NCBI GenBank assembly: GCA_041491305.1
Contig: JBGPUU010000001.1
Location: 15,500-79,499, forward strand
DNA: 64,000 nucleotides
From: Candidatus Methanoperedens sp.
Lineage (GTDB): Archaea; Halobacteriota; Methanosarcinia; Methanosarcinales; Methanoperedenaceae
Direction: 5' to 3'
The notes under the pieces were generated by a model that did no database searches, was not told the origin of the DNA, and saw only the letters and a list, made by a program, of their open reading frames with translations. Of this stretch, positions 42,062-51,751 are shown piece after piece (position 1 is the stretch's first letter; the number at the start of each line of letters is the position of its first letter). The translations under genes and the position numbers were made by a program.

Positions 42062-43279
42062 TCAAACCTTGTAGGTAACCATAACTGCATAAATCACAGC
42101 AATTAAAATTATCACTAGGCTCATCGCAAACCGCTTCCATTCTCTGTTCATATAAGCATGTGCTCCCAAGGGTACGAAAACAGCAAGACTTGATCCTATC
42201 ATAATCTTATACATTGAGGGGATGGCCGCCAATTTTTCTTCTCCAATTATGAAGTGCCATGCACCCAGAGAGTAGTAAAATACAAATATAATCTCCACAA
42301 CTGCCAGCGCAGCCTGCATTGATACTCCCCTGCTCTGGATCGCTATAGAACTCATGCCCCTTAGCAAATCAAGCCCTGTATGGACGCTGCTTATTGTAGA
42401 TTGACAGTAGTTTAAGTCGTAACTTATCTGATTGAGTGATATTTCAAATCTTTTTAAATGAAATTTATAAACCTGATCGTTCTCCCTCCGTAGAATCTCT
42501 AATCTATCCTTGTAATTGTCAATGTTAATCTGGAGCGTGTTTTGGAGCTTGTTAACCAGGGAGACCTTTTCCACAAAGCTCATGTATTTTTGGGTCACGT
42601 CGCTCAATTTCTCCCTCTGCCTTTGGGCATCCTCATTCCTAAGAGTATCGAGTAATGTTACCAGTTCTTCGTCAAGTTTCTTTGCGCCCCCCATCAGTTC
42701 CTCCCGAACTTTATCGTATTCCCTTATCTCGGTGCTTGCCTTATGAAAATGCGACTCGATTTTTACGAGTCCACGATCTATTGCAAAGAGAAAATTCTTC
42801 CGTGTTATATCCTCTAAAGTCCTGGGTGTATGCAGAATATACCCAATCTCTCTTTCTTTCATTGGTCGTGCAGCCTGCCATAAGTTCCCAAACTTGGTTA
42901 TCGTTGGGGGAACTGTCCCATCTTTTTCACCTTCCAGACCATCAACCAGCTCCCAGTATACAATGCTTGACCCCAGAAAATTGTCCACCTCGACAGGAAT
43001 TTCTAAATTCTGAATTATCTGATTTAAAGATTCTCGTTGATTAAGCCATTTCTGCGAAGAGAACTCTCCATCTTCTCTTATATAGAACCGCAATACAGTG
43101 GTATCATAATAGGTTAACCATTCCAGTTGATATCCATTGCCTCTAAAGACCTTGTGGTCTGCTTCATCACCTATTAAAGATAATCTGCTTCTCAATCTAT
43201 CTGGCGGCGCCTCATTGGTGTTATCACGTTTATAAAAACAGAGAGCAATTAGCGAGGGATTAGTAATTATTTCTTTCAT
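42062..43279 (-). CDS. Membrane protein with soluble N-domain, long helical stalk and 3 C-terminal TM segments (CorA-like architecture, no GMN motif)
   Basis: ATGA overlap with the FHA gene; coiled-coil KLQNTLQINIDNY...; hydrophobic tail segments. Confidence 0.6.
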   Translation of the reverse strand: MKEIITNPSLIALCFYKRDNTNEAPPDRLRSRLSLIGDEADHKVFRGNGYQLEWLTYYDTTVLRFYIREDGEFSSQKWLNQRESLNQIIQNLEIPVEVDNFLGSSIVYWELVDGLEGEKDGTVPPTITKFGNLWQAARPMKEREIGYILHTPRTLEDITRKNFLFAIDRGLVKIESHFHKASTEIREYDKVREELMGGAKKLDEELVTLLDTLRNEDAQRQREKLSDVTQKYMSFVEKVSLVNKLQNTLQINIDNYKDRLEILRRENDQVYKFHLKRFEISLNQISYDLNYCQSTISSVHTGLDLLRGMSSIAIQSRGVSMQAALAVVEIIFVFYYSLGAWHFIIGEEKLAAIPSMYKIMIGSSLAVFVPLGAHAYMNREWKRFAMSLVIILIAVIYAVMVTYKV

Positions 43280-43923
43280 TTATGTTTCTTAAACCTCTTC
43301 TCCAAAAGAATTAACTCATTTTTAATGCTGTGTATATCCTGATCATTTACTTCAGTGGGGCATATTCTAATAGGCTCTGGCGGTGGTGTTTTCTGTGCCT
43401 TACTGATTTCATTTCTCATTTCGTTCATAACATTGACAAGTTCTTCAACTTCTATAGCTTTTTTAGCTTTTTGCAATTTCTTAATAATATTGTTGAGCAG
43501 CTTTTCAAACTCTGCCTGCGAAAGTCTTTTGCCTGCCTCCTCAAATTGGTTGTGTATATCCTTGGCATCTTTTTGGAGCTTTTCTATATCATCTTTACAT
43601 TCGAACTTCAGCCATACAGGGCCCAATTTTAATATTGCACCAGAAGCTAAAGGGGTGATGGTTCCGGCAGGAATAGGCTTGGCAGCTTTGTCCTCTATAA
43701 TATAAGTCTTATTAGTGCTCCCTTCTCCTTCTGGACCCACATCCTCTATAAAATAGGTATCTTTTTCATTTGTGATTCGTGCATGATGTCTGGAAACTCT
43801 TTTATCAAAAGGTAAGTAAACATCATCTTTTTCATGTCTCCCCAGCATGATTGGAGTCTTCTCAAACTCAAATACTTTTCCATCGTCTGCGCCGCTCATT
43901 ATGGTGATAAATATATGGCTCAA
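43276..43923 (-). CDS. FHA domain protein with C-terminal helical domain
   Basis: MLGRHE, RVSRHHARI, GSTNKT (FHA GR/SRxH/STN motifs). Confidence 0.9.
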   Translation of the reverse strand: MSHIFITIMSGADDGKVFEFEKTPIMLGRHEKDDVYLPFDKRVSRHHARITNEKDTYFIEDVGPEGEGSTNKTYIIEDKAAKPIPAGTITPLASGAILKLGPVWLKFECKDDIEKLQKDAKDIHNQFEEAGKRLSQAEFEKLLNNIIKKLQKAKKAIEVEELVNVMNEMRNEISKAQKTPPPEPIRICPTEVNDQDIHSIKNELILLEKRFKKHK

Positions 43924-44507
43924 TCCCTTACCTCCTTTTTTAATGTTATTTCATCGCTGGTTGCATCAACATTAATCACATCCCTCTGTGCAAAATCGCC
44001 TTTTAATATCTTTTCACTCAGAGGCTGAGCGATCATTCTCTCGATTTCACGCTGCAGCAGCCTGGCCCCTTTGGCTGGATCATAACCTTTGCGACAGATA
44101 AAATCAATTGCATTTTGAGTGCCCTGCAGGCTTATTCCTTTTTCTTTTAATAGGCTGTTCAAGCTTCCCAACATAATCTGCGCTATCTTATGGATATCCT
44201 CCTGACCGAGTGGTTTGAATAAGATTAGCTCGTCTATGCGGTTGAGGAACTCAGGTCGAAAGACGCTTCTTACCTTTCGGAGCATTTCTTCCCGATGATT
44301 CTTTGTATAAACCCCAAAGGGTATCTCATGCCCTAGAAATGCCTGCTTGACATCAGGAGTAGGTGGCTCCAAATACCTAAGCACCATTTCAAGGCTGCAG
44401 GTGCATATGAATTTATGCTCTTTCTCAATGTACTGATGTTTTGCAGCAGCGGCTTCTCTGGCTGTTATCTGCCAGGTCAATGATGCGCCAACCGAAAGTT
44501 CATTCAT
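43920..44507 (-). pseudogene. Internally deleted Clp/Hsp100 ATPase (N-domain start fused to D2-small domain)
   Basis: AREAAAAKHQYIEKEH (Clp-N), FRPEFLNRIDE, GYDPAKGARLLQREI (D2-small); no Walker A/B motifs. Confidence 0.8.
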
Positions 44508-44613
44508 ATTCGTAACCTATTGGTAAAGGTATGCCCCGTTCCAAAATAGAAAGATTCATTTCCATACATGGATAAGTTCTTTGATTTTTGATTGAGGTTA
44601 CCATACAGCATGT

Positions 44614-46125
44614 TCACATCTTCTTAAGCATAAGGATAGTCTCTTTGAGTCTTTCTACATGGGATGCGTACTGCGGTGGCGCAAATTCAATAAATTTCTG
44701 GAAAGATAATATCGCTTCATCACCCCGACCCAAACTGAACAGCGCAACGCCTTTGTTATTCCATGCGTCAGCATATCGTGGGTTTATGTCAAGAGCCTTA
44801 TCATAGCAGGCTATTGCTTCATCACCCCTTCCCAAACTATGTAGTACAACGCCTTTGTTAAGCCATGCCAAGGCATATCGTGGGTTTATATCAAGAGCCT
44901 TATCATAACAGGAAATCGATTCAGTAGACCGGTGCAATTTATAAAATGTATTGCCTTTGTTGTACCATGCCTTGTCATCTCGTGGATTAAGATCAAGACC
45001 CTTATCGTACCAGGTTATAGCTTCAGCTTGCCGGCCCAAATCATCCAGAGCAGTGCCCTTGTTACACCATATCTTGAAATCTCGTGGGTTTATGTCAAGA
45101 GCCTTATCATAGCAGGTTATGGCTTCCTCAGATCTGTCCAGTTCAGCCAGAGCATTGCCTTTGTTGATTAAATCATCCACTTCCAATTCCCCACCAGATT
45201 CTTCAGGAATCGTTTCACCAGTCAAATCAAAATATATCTTAGAAATATCCTGTCGCATCTCGCTGAAGTTCTGGTATCTTTTTGCAGGATCCTTCTCAAG
45301 GCACTTGCCAATGAGAACAGCAAGTTCAGCAGGAATACCTTGCTTGATAGGAATTGGAGATTCCTTCAAATGCATCTCTTTCCATGAACTCTTCCGTTGG
45401 TAAGGATAGCTGCTTGTAACCATCTGGTAGAGAACTATGCCAAAGGCATAGATATCAGCCTTTGTATCGATTTCCTTGCATGTGAACTGTTCAGGAGCCA
45501 TGTACGGCAAAGTCCCGGCAGTACTGCTCTGGACATAGCTCACATCTCGTGGAACCGCTATCTGTTCAGCTCTTGCTTCTATTGCCTTCGCCAGACCAAA
45601 ATCTGTTATCTTTACAGTTTTATCTCTGGTAAGTAATATGTTACCAGGCTTGATATCCCGATGAACAAGTTTCATTTTATTATATGCATAATACATCCCA
45701 TTGCAGAACTGGATAGCGAAGTTCAGGGCTAAGGGAAGGTCTAACATCTTTGTGTAGAGCCAGTCATCCAGATTCCCGCCTGCTGCGTATTCCACGAAAA
45801 TATAAGGCTGGCCCTCGATGTTTTTTACATAGTACGGTCTGACAATGTTCTTATGCTTATCAAGCTTGATCCATTTTTCGGCTTCACTGGTAAAATCATC
45901 CCTTGCCCTCTGGCTCTGTAGGAACTTTGTCTGAAAGGTTTTGATTGCAAGCGGCCCTTTATCTTCATGATCATAGCATATATACACAACCCCGAAGCCG
46001 CCTCTTTTTATTTTATGTATCTCATACCTGTTCTCGATCCTATCTCCAATCTGCCACCTCTCGTGCTCTTCTATTCCAGCGACCTCTTTTTTCCTTCTGA
46101 GGCTATCAAGCAGTTCCACGTCCAT
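44614..46125 (-). CDS. Ser/Thr protein kinase with TPR repeats
   Basis: GGFGVV, LAIKT, HRDIKPGN, DFG, GTLPYMAPEQ; 102-bp DNA repeats encoding CYDKALDINPR. Confidence 0.92.
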   Translation of the reverse strand: MDVELLDSLRRKKEVAGIEEHERWQIGDRIENRYEIHKIKRGGFGVVYICYDHEDKGPLAIKTFQTKFLQSQRARDDFTSEAEKWIKLDKHKNIVRPYYVKNIEGQPYIFVEYAAGGNLDDWLYTKMLDLPLALNFAIQFCNGMYYAYNKMKLVHRDIKPGNILLTRDKTVKITDFGLAKAIEARAEQIAVPRDVSYVQSSTAGTLPYMAPEQFTCKEIDTKADIYAFGIVLYQMVTSSYPYQRKSSWKEMHLKESPIPIKQGIPAELAVLIGKCLEKDPAKRYQNFSEMRQDISKIYFDLTGETIPEESGGELEVDDLINKGNALAELDRSEEAITCYDKALDINPRDFKIWCNKGTALDDLGRQAEAITWYDKGLDLNPRDDKAWYNKGNTFYKLHRSTESISCYDKALDINPRYALAWLNKGVVLHSLGRGDEAIACYDKALDINPRYADAWNNKGVALFSLGRGDEAILSFQKFIEFAPPQYASHVERLKETILMLKKM

Positions 46126-46446
46126 CTCTCCTGCGCATATTCATAAGAATACCTTTTCAGGTTATAATAAGCTTTTCATTCGTCATTCGAAATACATTTA
46201 AAACCATTAATTGGTCATCTTTGTATGCAGAACCGCAAACTCAGAATCAGCCTGAAAATCAATCGAAATTGGATGTCTGAATGATGTCCCTTTTATTTGT
46301 ATTTGTATCCAAGAATGGAGAGAAATGGAGGGATTTACAAAAAAGTCTCAGGCAACCAGATATGCCTTTTTGTTGATGACAAGTCAAATTTATTCACGGA
46401 TGCTGCTTCCAATATTACTTGGTTTCATTTTAATCACAGATGGTTG

Positions 46447-47529
46447 TTAACATGGCATTGGCTGTTTCACTGTTATTATTCGTGTCCTCCCATTTTTACC
46501 CCGGTTCTCAATACATGTATCGACCAATTTGGCATTGATTAACTTATCCAGCGCTTTATGAAATGTAGTATATCCTTTTTTTGTTCGCTTATGAAATTCG
46601 ATAAATAGCTCACCGGCATGCGATGTACCCATTTCAGACGCTGCGTTGAGGAGCGCGGTTTCTGTATCGGTGAATACTTTCAGATATCTTTTCAATCTAT
46701 CTTCCGAGGCTTCGATGAGTGCGGTATCAACATCCGTGAAATCAACGGTCTTAGAAGCGCGCATTTCTGCGTTAATAACAGATCTTTTCAGAAGATCGAT
46801 ACCAAACCTGATATCTCCTTTAGGTACGGTGCAGCCGGTTATTTTCTCGATAATTCCTTTCTCAACAACATTCGGGTATAACCCGATTTTTGCCCGCCTA
46901 TCCAGGATGTCAAAGGTTTCGTCCCAGGTATATCCGGGAAATTTAACGATTTTTGGTGTGAATATCGAGGTTATATCATCCAGTGGTGGATATGAAATGC
47001 TGTGTACGGCGGCTAAACCGATATTAAGGGGATACTCTTCATAAAGTCTTAAAATATTATTCACTACATCATGGAAAATCCCCCTTGAAATCAAGAAATC
47101 CGCATCATCCAGTATCACAAACATTGTCTTGTTTTTGGCAGTGAGCGTCTCCGCTATCTTTTCGTATAATTTTTTCAATGCTATTCCGGAGGGGGGCAGC
47201 TCTATTCCTGTCATCTTCCTGTAGATTTCCGCAAGTACGGAGTAATGAGTCTGCGTATACCTGCAGTTGATATAAGCCAAAATGAGGCTTGAAGGGGATA
47301 TCTGTTCTGCTAGCTCGATAATTTTTTTGACCGAAGTGGTCTTTCCTGTTCCAGGCGGACCAATGCATATTATGTTCTGCGGATGCTTGCCATCTATCCC
47401 GGGCGCTATAGCATAACCTATTCTTTTTATCTGCAGGTCTCGATAGAGAAACTCATCCGGGACGTATCCAAGCTCAAATATTTCCTTATCCTTAAACAGC
47501 GTCTGCTCCCATGCAAGTAGATTTTTCAT
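46447..47529 (-). CDS. cdc6: Orc1/Cdc6 family replication initiator
   Basis: GPPGTGKT (Walker A), YINC, ILDDAD (Walker B-like), GDIRFGI, C-terminal wHTH. Confidence 0.9.
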   Translation of the reverse strand: MKNLLAWEQTLFKDKEIFELGYVPDEFLYRDLQIKRIGYAIAPGIDGKHPQNIICIGPPGTGKTTSVKKIIELAEQISPSSLILAYINCRYTQTHYSVLAEIYRKMTGIELPPSGIALKKLYEKIAETLTAKNKTMFVILDDADFLISRGIFHDVVNNILRLYEEYPLNIGLAAVHSISYPPLDDITSIFTPKIVKFPGYTWDETFDILDRRAKIGLYPNVVEKGIIEKITGCTVPKGDIRFGIDLLKRSVINAEMRASKTVDFTDVDTALIEASEDRLKRYLKVFTDTETALLNAASEMGTSHAGELFIEFHKRTKKGYTTFHKALDKLINAKLVDTCIENRGKNGRTRIITVKQPMPC

Positions 47530-47631
47530 TTTTTATCACCCAAAGCACGTTTTTTGTTTTTTTCCGATACCCGTTTTTTGCGAAAATTGTTTTAATTGTT
47601 ATTAAAGATTCAATGAGCGGGGTGAAAGTAT

Positions 47632-48816
47632 TCAAGTGCCTGTTTTCCTTGATTCCATGCGGCTCTTTATCAGCTCCAAAATAGCAGGTTCCTGCCTTAT
47701 CAAATCCATAAGTTCTATTGTGAGAGATACCTTTTCCTTATCAATATTTATTGCTGTAACAAGGTCAAGCGCTGCGCCGCATTTATAGCAGAACTTCCCT
47801 GTAGTTCCATTTACTGTGCTACACCTGGGGCATTGAATAGGAGCCAGTTCTTTATCCTGTGGTGTTGAGGTTTTTGAAATACCATATGCCCTGAGAAGCG
47901 TTTCGTCTAAGTTCTTGCCTGAACGATGAACATATATCCGGGTCATTCTGGATCCCTGTATCCAGCCAAAGTATTCATCCATCATCGAATCTGTGAGAAT
48001 TCCAGACTTCTCGGTAGCACTGGTGTGCCTGAAAAGATGGTTATATACCCGTTTTTGGATGCCAGCTCTCTTGGCAATTCTTTTTATCCGCATGGTTATT
48101 GCAGGATACAGGAGCTGCTGACAGGTGGTGCCTTCGAGCCCGTTAGTTCTTCCATTTTCTCCCAGTCTTATCCAAAAAGGAGCATTGGGATCTAATTTCT
48201 TGGGATGGACATTAAGCCATGCACTGAGATAAGGAGATGAGAATATTGCCCTGACGCGTCTCATTCCAGTCTTCCCGTTGACTATGAAAATTGCGCCATA
48301 ATCATCAAAATGAACGTCCTTAATCTGCAAGGTTGCAAGTTCTCCTATCCTGCAGCCTGTTTCGTATAGAGCCGCTATCATAGCTTTGTCCATAGGATGC
48401 ATGGCGCAATCTATCATTTTCAAGACTTCTTCTCTTGTGAAAATGTCCGGGATTTTATTCTTGACATTTTTCATGATAATCAGATTTCCAAGGTCGTTTT
48501 TCCCTGTTTGTTTAAGAAATGTTTTGAAAATCTGCTTGTATGTGTATTTTGTCCAGTCTGCTATATCCTTGCGCTGCACCCATTCTAAAAAAGAGTAAAT
48601 ATCTTCTTTTTCCAAAGAATCGAGATCCTTGTTCAATTTCCCGCTTATTATTCTAAGAACAGAAATACACCTTTCTATTCTGGCCTTACTAAATTCTTTT
48701 ATAAACAACTGCCTTTCATAATCGAATATTATCTTCTTATTGTTTCCACTGATGCTGGCATTTCTAATATTTTCTTCTGCGCGTTTCAGTATTCCCTCGT
48801 AACCATAGATATCCAT
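47632..48816 (-). CDS. Tyrosine recombinase/integrase with C-terminal Zn ribbon
   Basis: ETGCRIGEL, GKTGMR, HLFRH, FGW...SRM...YVH (catalytic R-K-H-R-W-Y); CPRC...CYKC. Confidence 0.92.
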   Translation of the reverse strand: MDIYGYEGILKRAEENIRNASISGNNKKIIFDYERQLFIKEFSKARIERCISVLRIISGKLNKDLDSLEKEDIYSFLEWVQRKDIADWTKYTYKQIFKTFLKQTGKNDLGNLIIMKNVKNKIPDIFTREEVLKMIDCAMHPMDKAMIAALYETGCRIGELATLQIKDVHFDDYGAIFIVNGKTGMRRVRAIFSSPYLSAWLNVHPKKLDPNAPFWIRLGENGRTNGLEGTTCQQLLYPAITMRIKRIAKRAGIQKRVYNHLFRHTSATEKSGILTDSMMDEYFGWIQGSRMTRIYVHRSGKNLDETLLRAYGISKTSTPQDKELAPIQCPRCSTVNGTTGKFCYKCGAALDLVTAINIDKEKVSLTIELMDLIRQEPAILELIKSRMESRKTGT

Positions 48817-48926
48817 AGTTAACCACTCCAATCTGGTTTGAGAATATAATCGTGAGGTAAGTACTGGTGAAAGTGCACTATTGAAAGAATATTTGGCCTT
48901 TGTAGGGCGTTTAACAAAAATTTGAG

Positions 48927-49012
48927 CGCCGAGGTAGGGATTTGAACCCTAGCTTACCAGAAGGTAAAACAGGTCTCGAGCCTGCCGCGTTAGTCCGCTC
49001 TGCCACCTCGGC
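48927..49012 (-). tRNA. tRNA-Ser (anticodon CGA), no encoded CCA
   Basis: GCCGAGG/CCTCGGC acceptor stem, GCAGG-CTCGAGA-CCTGT anticodon arm, long variable arm TTACC/GGTAA, TAGGG-TTCAAAT-CCCTA T arm, discriminator G. Confidence 0.95.
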
Positions 49013-49034
49013 ACTGGTCATTTTTAATAAAGTT

Positions 49035-49059
49035 TGTAGCCTATTAACCTGACGCTACA
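49035..49059. repeat. Left copy of 25-bp inverted repeat (itself TGTAGC-N13-GCTACA palindrome)
   Basis: TGTAGCCTATTAACCTGACGCTACA; 21/25 identical to the reverse complement of 51752-51776. Confidence 0.75.
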
Positions 49060-49198
49060 TTCGTTTATTACCTTTTATCTTACCCAAATACACCTGTGTG
49101 ATTATAATCTTGTCTGAATATAGTCAAAATAATTCTCTAATTGTTTTTATGTGTCATCTCTATATACGTGAGAATACTTATGTATTAAGGGGAAGAGC

Positions 49199-51742
49199 AT
49201 GGCTTACATCTTTGATTATAAAAACCGGGATAACCATGGATGCGGCACAGGGCAGTGCATAGGAATAGTTCTTGCTTTGTTAATGGTCTTGGTGCTGGCA
49301 GGGGAGGGCAGTGCCGCAACTACTACTTATAAATGGTTTTTTAATACTGATAACGAGTCATGGGTATTTTCCAATTCGACATGCGGCACATCCTGTACGG
49401 TAAGTTCAGGCGTCAACTTATCAGATGGTGCGCCCGGCTCGTTAACCGCCAATATTTCTGTTAACACGTCCAACTCAAGATCTGCAGCTACATCCTGGCG
49501 TTCACCCAATTTTACCTGGAATAACGGGACTCCTAATTCCGCGGTTTTAAACTTTAGCTTCAAAGTTGCAATTTTTAATGAGACATCCGGTATCAATAAC
49601 TATAGTATATTCCTCAAAGATCCGGATGACAATGTACAACAAATATATCCAATTACTGCATTTAATGAAACCGGCAGCTGGGGTAACTTTTCCAATAATT
49701 CGATCAATGCATCGTATTTTAGTAAATCCGGCAATTATAGTTTGTTATTGAATGCAAGTTTAAATGCCTCAAGGGATGATGATAATAATACTCCGGTTAT
49801 AGTCGAGGTTAGATGGGACAACCCCAACATTACCTTAACAACCCTGCCTCCCGACGTCATTTCAAACACGAACCGCCAGTATGTCAAAACCGGTGAAAAT
49901 GTATCCTTGAATGCAACTATTACTGCGACTGCAGGCGTGCGGAATGCAACAGTCAATGTCTCTGCGATAAACTCCACAATAGTCCAGGCTGTTCTAAATA
50001 ATGTAGGTGGATTCTGGATCAATAATTCCATAATAGCAGACAGAACCGATACCAACGGGTTAATGAATCTCACAATAACTGCCTATAATAACGCCAGCGA
50101 TGTTAACAACAGCATCAACATGACGGTAGGAATAGATGATACACCGCCATCCGTGTTCTCCAATACCGATGACGTTGATGTGCCGAATTGTAGTGCCCCG
50201 TCATTGAATGCAACTATAACTGATTCAGGTGCCGGAGTGAAAAATGCAACAGTCAACATCTCAGCTATAAATTCGACAATAAATGAGGCTATTCTTAATA
50301 ATGTCAGCGGGTTCTGGATTAATAATTCCATAACAGCAGATAAAGTGACTGTAGGGTTCGTGAACCTCACAATAACAGCTTACGATAACGCTGGCAATGT
50401 TAATAATGGCACAAACCTGACAGTGCAAGTGACACCGGTCAGGGCAGTCAATCTTTCGAATATTTCATTCCTTTCCCATTCAACAGCCGCGGGAACCAAC
50501 GCCACCTATGTTCTACACCTTACAAATAACGGAAGTGATCCTGATTCATATACGCTTATATTGGACAATCCGGACAGTGCCTCAGTATACGGCTTAAACG
50601 TTTCATCTCCTGTCTTCCTGAATGCAAATGAAACGAGTATATTCGCGCTCAATGTAACCAATACAACGCCAGGCACATTTCATGTCAATGTCACAGCAAT
50701 CTCGGTGAATGACTCAAACAGGTTTTCATACATCAATACCACAACCACCGTGACTGCACCGGAAGGGCCTAACTTTACGAGCTTCGCTCCACCATCGCCA
50801 GTCAATGACGTAGCGGGAGCAAGTAGGACATTCAATATCACCACAAACCAGACAGTGAACGTGACCTGGTACATCAACGGCACTTTTGCCCAGAGTAATG
50901 TGAGCGTAACCGATGCAAACTACACCAATATCTCTCCTGTCGCTGGCTTCTGGAACGTAACAGCAATTGCAAATAATACCAACGGCACAGTTTATCAGAC
51001 ATGGAATTGGAGCGTTACTTCTCCAACACACTTTTCAACAGGCGGAGGAGGCGGCGGCTGCACAGGAGGCGGAGTAATTACGTCCGAGCCTTATACCAAC
51101 ATAGAAAAAGCAGAGAGGTACGACAACGACCTTATCACCGACACGCCAGTCACCTATACATACAAAGTGCCTGAACTTGGTGTATACGAAATAGCAGTCA
51201 CAGACGAACTGAACGAAGATTGTAAGGCCATAAGAGTAGAAGTGCTTAAAGGCACATCAAAACTTGTAACAGTTTCACCGCCAGGAACAGTAAACAAGAA
51301 TGTGAATATCTGGGCAGGAACTGATAGTATAGAAGAAGCATTAATCAGATTCAAAGTCGAGAATTCCTGGCTCAGCAGCAACAGTTTTGCAACCAGTGAC
51401 GTGAAAATGGTCAAATGGGACGGAAGCAAATGGGTGCAGCTTGAAACCATGGAGAAAAATAAGGACAGCGCATTCACTTACTTTGAGGCAAAGACAGATA
51501 CCTTCTCGGTGTTCGCAATAACCGGATTAAATGGCGCGGAAGTGCCCACACCTACGCCGGCAGGCGTGGTAACAGAAATTCCGGCTAAGCAAACAGGTAC
51601 GTCAGCTCCGGCGCCGGCAAAGAAGGGAATCCCCTGGTTTGAAATAATTATGGTTTTTGTTACAATAGCGTTGCTGATAGCATCGCTGAACAAGGATCGA
51701 AAGAGGCAGCGAAAAGATATTAATGACGCGGTGAAGAGGTAG
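49199..51742 (+). CDS. Cell-surface glycoprotein with PGF-pre-PGF domain and C-terminal PGF-like anchor
   Basis: Signal/TM segment; many N-x-S/T sites; two ~97-aa internal repeats; GGGGG linker, SEPYTNIEK..., WVQLET...FSVFAITG; KKGIPWFE + TM + basic tail. Confidence 0.85.
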   Translation: MAYIFDYKNRDNHGCGTGQCIGIVLALLMVLVLAGEGSAATTTYKWFFNTDNESWVFSNSTCGTSCTVSSGVNLSDGAPGSLTANISVNTSNSRSAATSWRSPNFTWNNGTPNSAVLNFSFKVAIFNETSGINNYSIFLKDPDDNVQQIYPITAFNETGSWGNFSNNSINASYFSKSGNYSLLLNASLNASRDDDNNTPVIVEVRWDNPNITLTTLPPDVISNTNRQYVKTGENVSLNATITATAGVRNATVNVSAINSTIVQAVLNNVGGFWINNSIIADRTDTNGLMNLTITAYNNASDVNNSINMTVGIDDTPPSVFSNTDDVDVPNCSAPSLNATITDSGAGVKNATVNISAINSTINEAILNNVSGFWINNSITADKVTVGFVNLTITAYDNAGNVNNGTNLTVQVTPVRAVNLSNISFLSHSTAAGTNATYVLHLTNNGSDPDSYTLILDNPDSASVYGLNVSSPVFLNANETSIFALNVTNTTPGTFHVNVTAISVNDSNRFSYINTTTTVTAPEGPNFTSFAPPSPVNDVAGASRTFNITTNQTVNVTWYINGTFAQSNVSVTDANYTNISPVAGFWNVTAIANNTNGTVYQTWNWSVTSPTHFSTGGGGGGCTGGGVITSEPYTNIEKAERYDNDLITDTPVTYTYKVPELGVYEIAVTDELNEDCKAIRVEVLKGTSKLVTVSPPGTVNKNVNIWAGTDSIEEALIRFKVENSWLSSNSFATSDVKMVKWDGSKWVQLETMEKNKDSAFTYFEAKTDTFSVFAITGLNGAEVPTPTPAGVVTEIPAKQTGTSAPAPAKKGIPWFEIIMVFVTIALLIASLNKDRKRQRKDINDAVKR

Positions 51743-51751
51743 GTAAACCTT

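Larger units (their letters stand above)
35370..48926. mobile_element. Putative integrated element at the 3' end of tRNA-Ser (left boundary uncertain)
   Basis: Tyrosine integrase starts about 110 bp past the tRNA 3' end, followed by Orc1/Cdc6 and AT-rich cargo. The left edge is inferred from the truncated S-layer gene. No att duplication found by eye. Confidence 0.55.

Noticed and set aside
35393-46125. Type VI secretion or contractile injection system (kinase/FHA/ClpV/phosphatase resemblance)
   Set aside because: No sheath, tube, spike or baseplate genes in the window; only the regulatory analogy holds.
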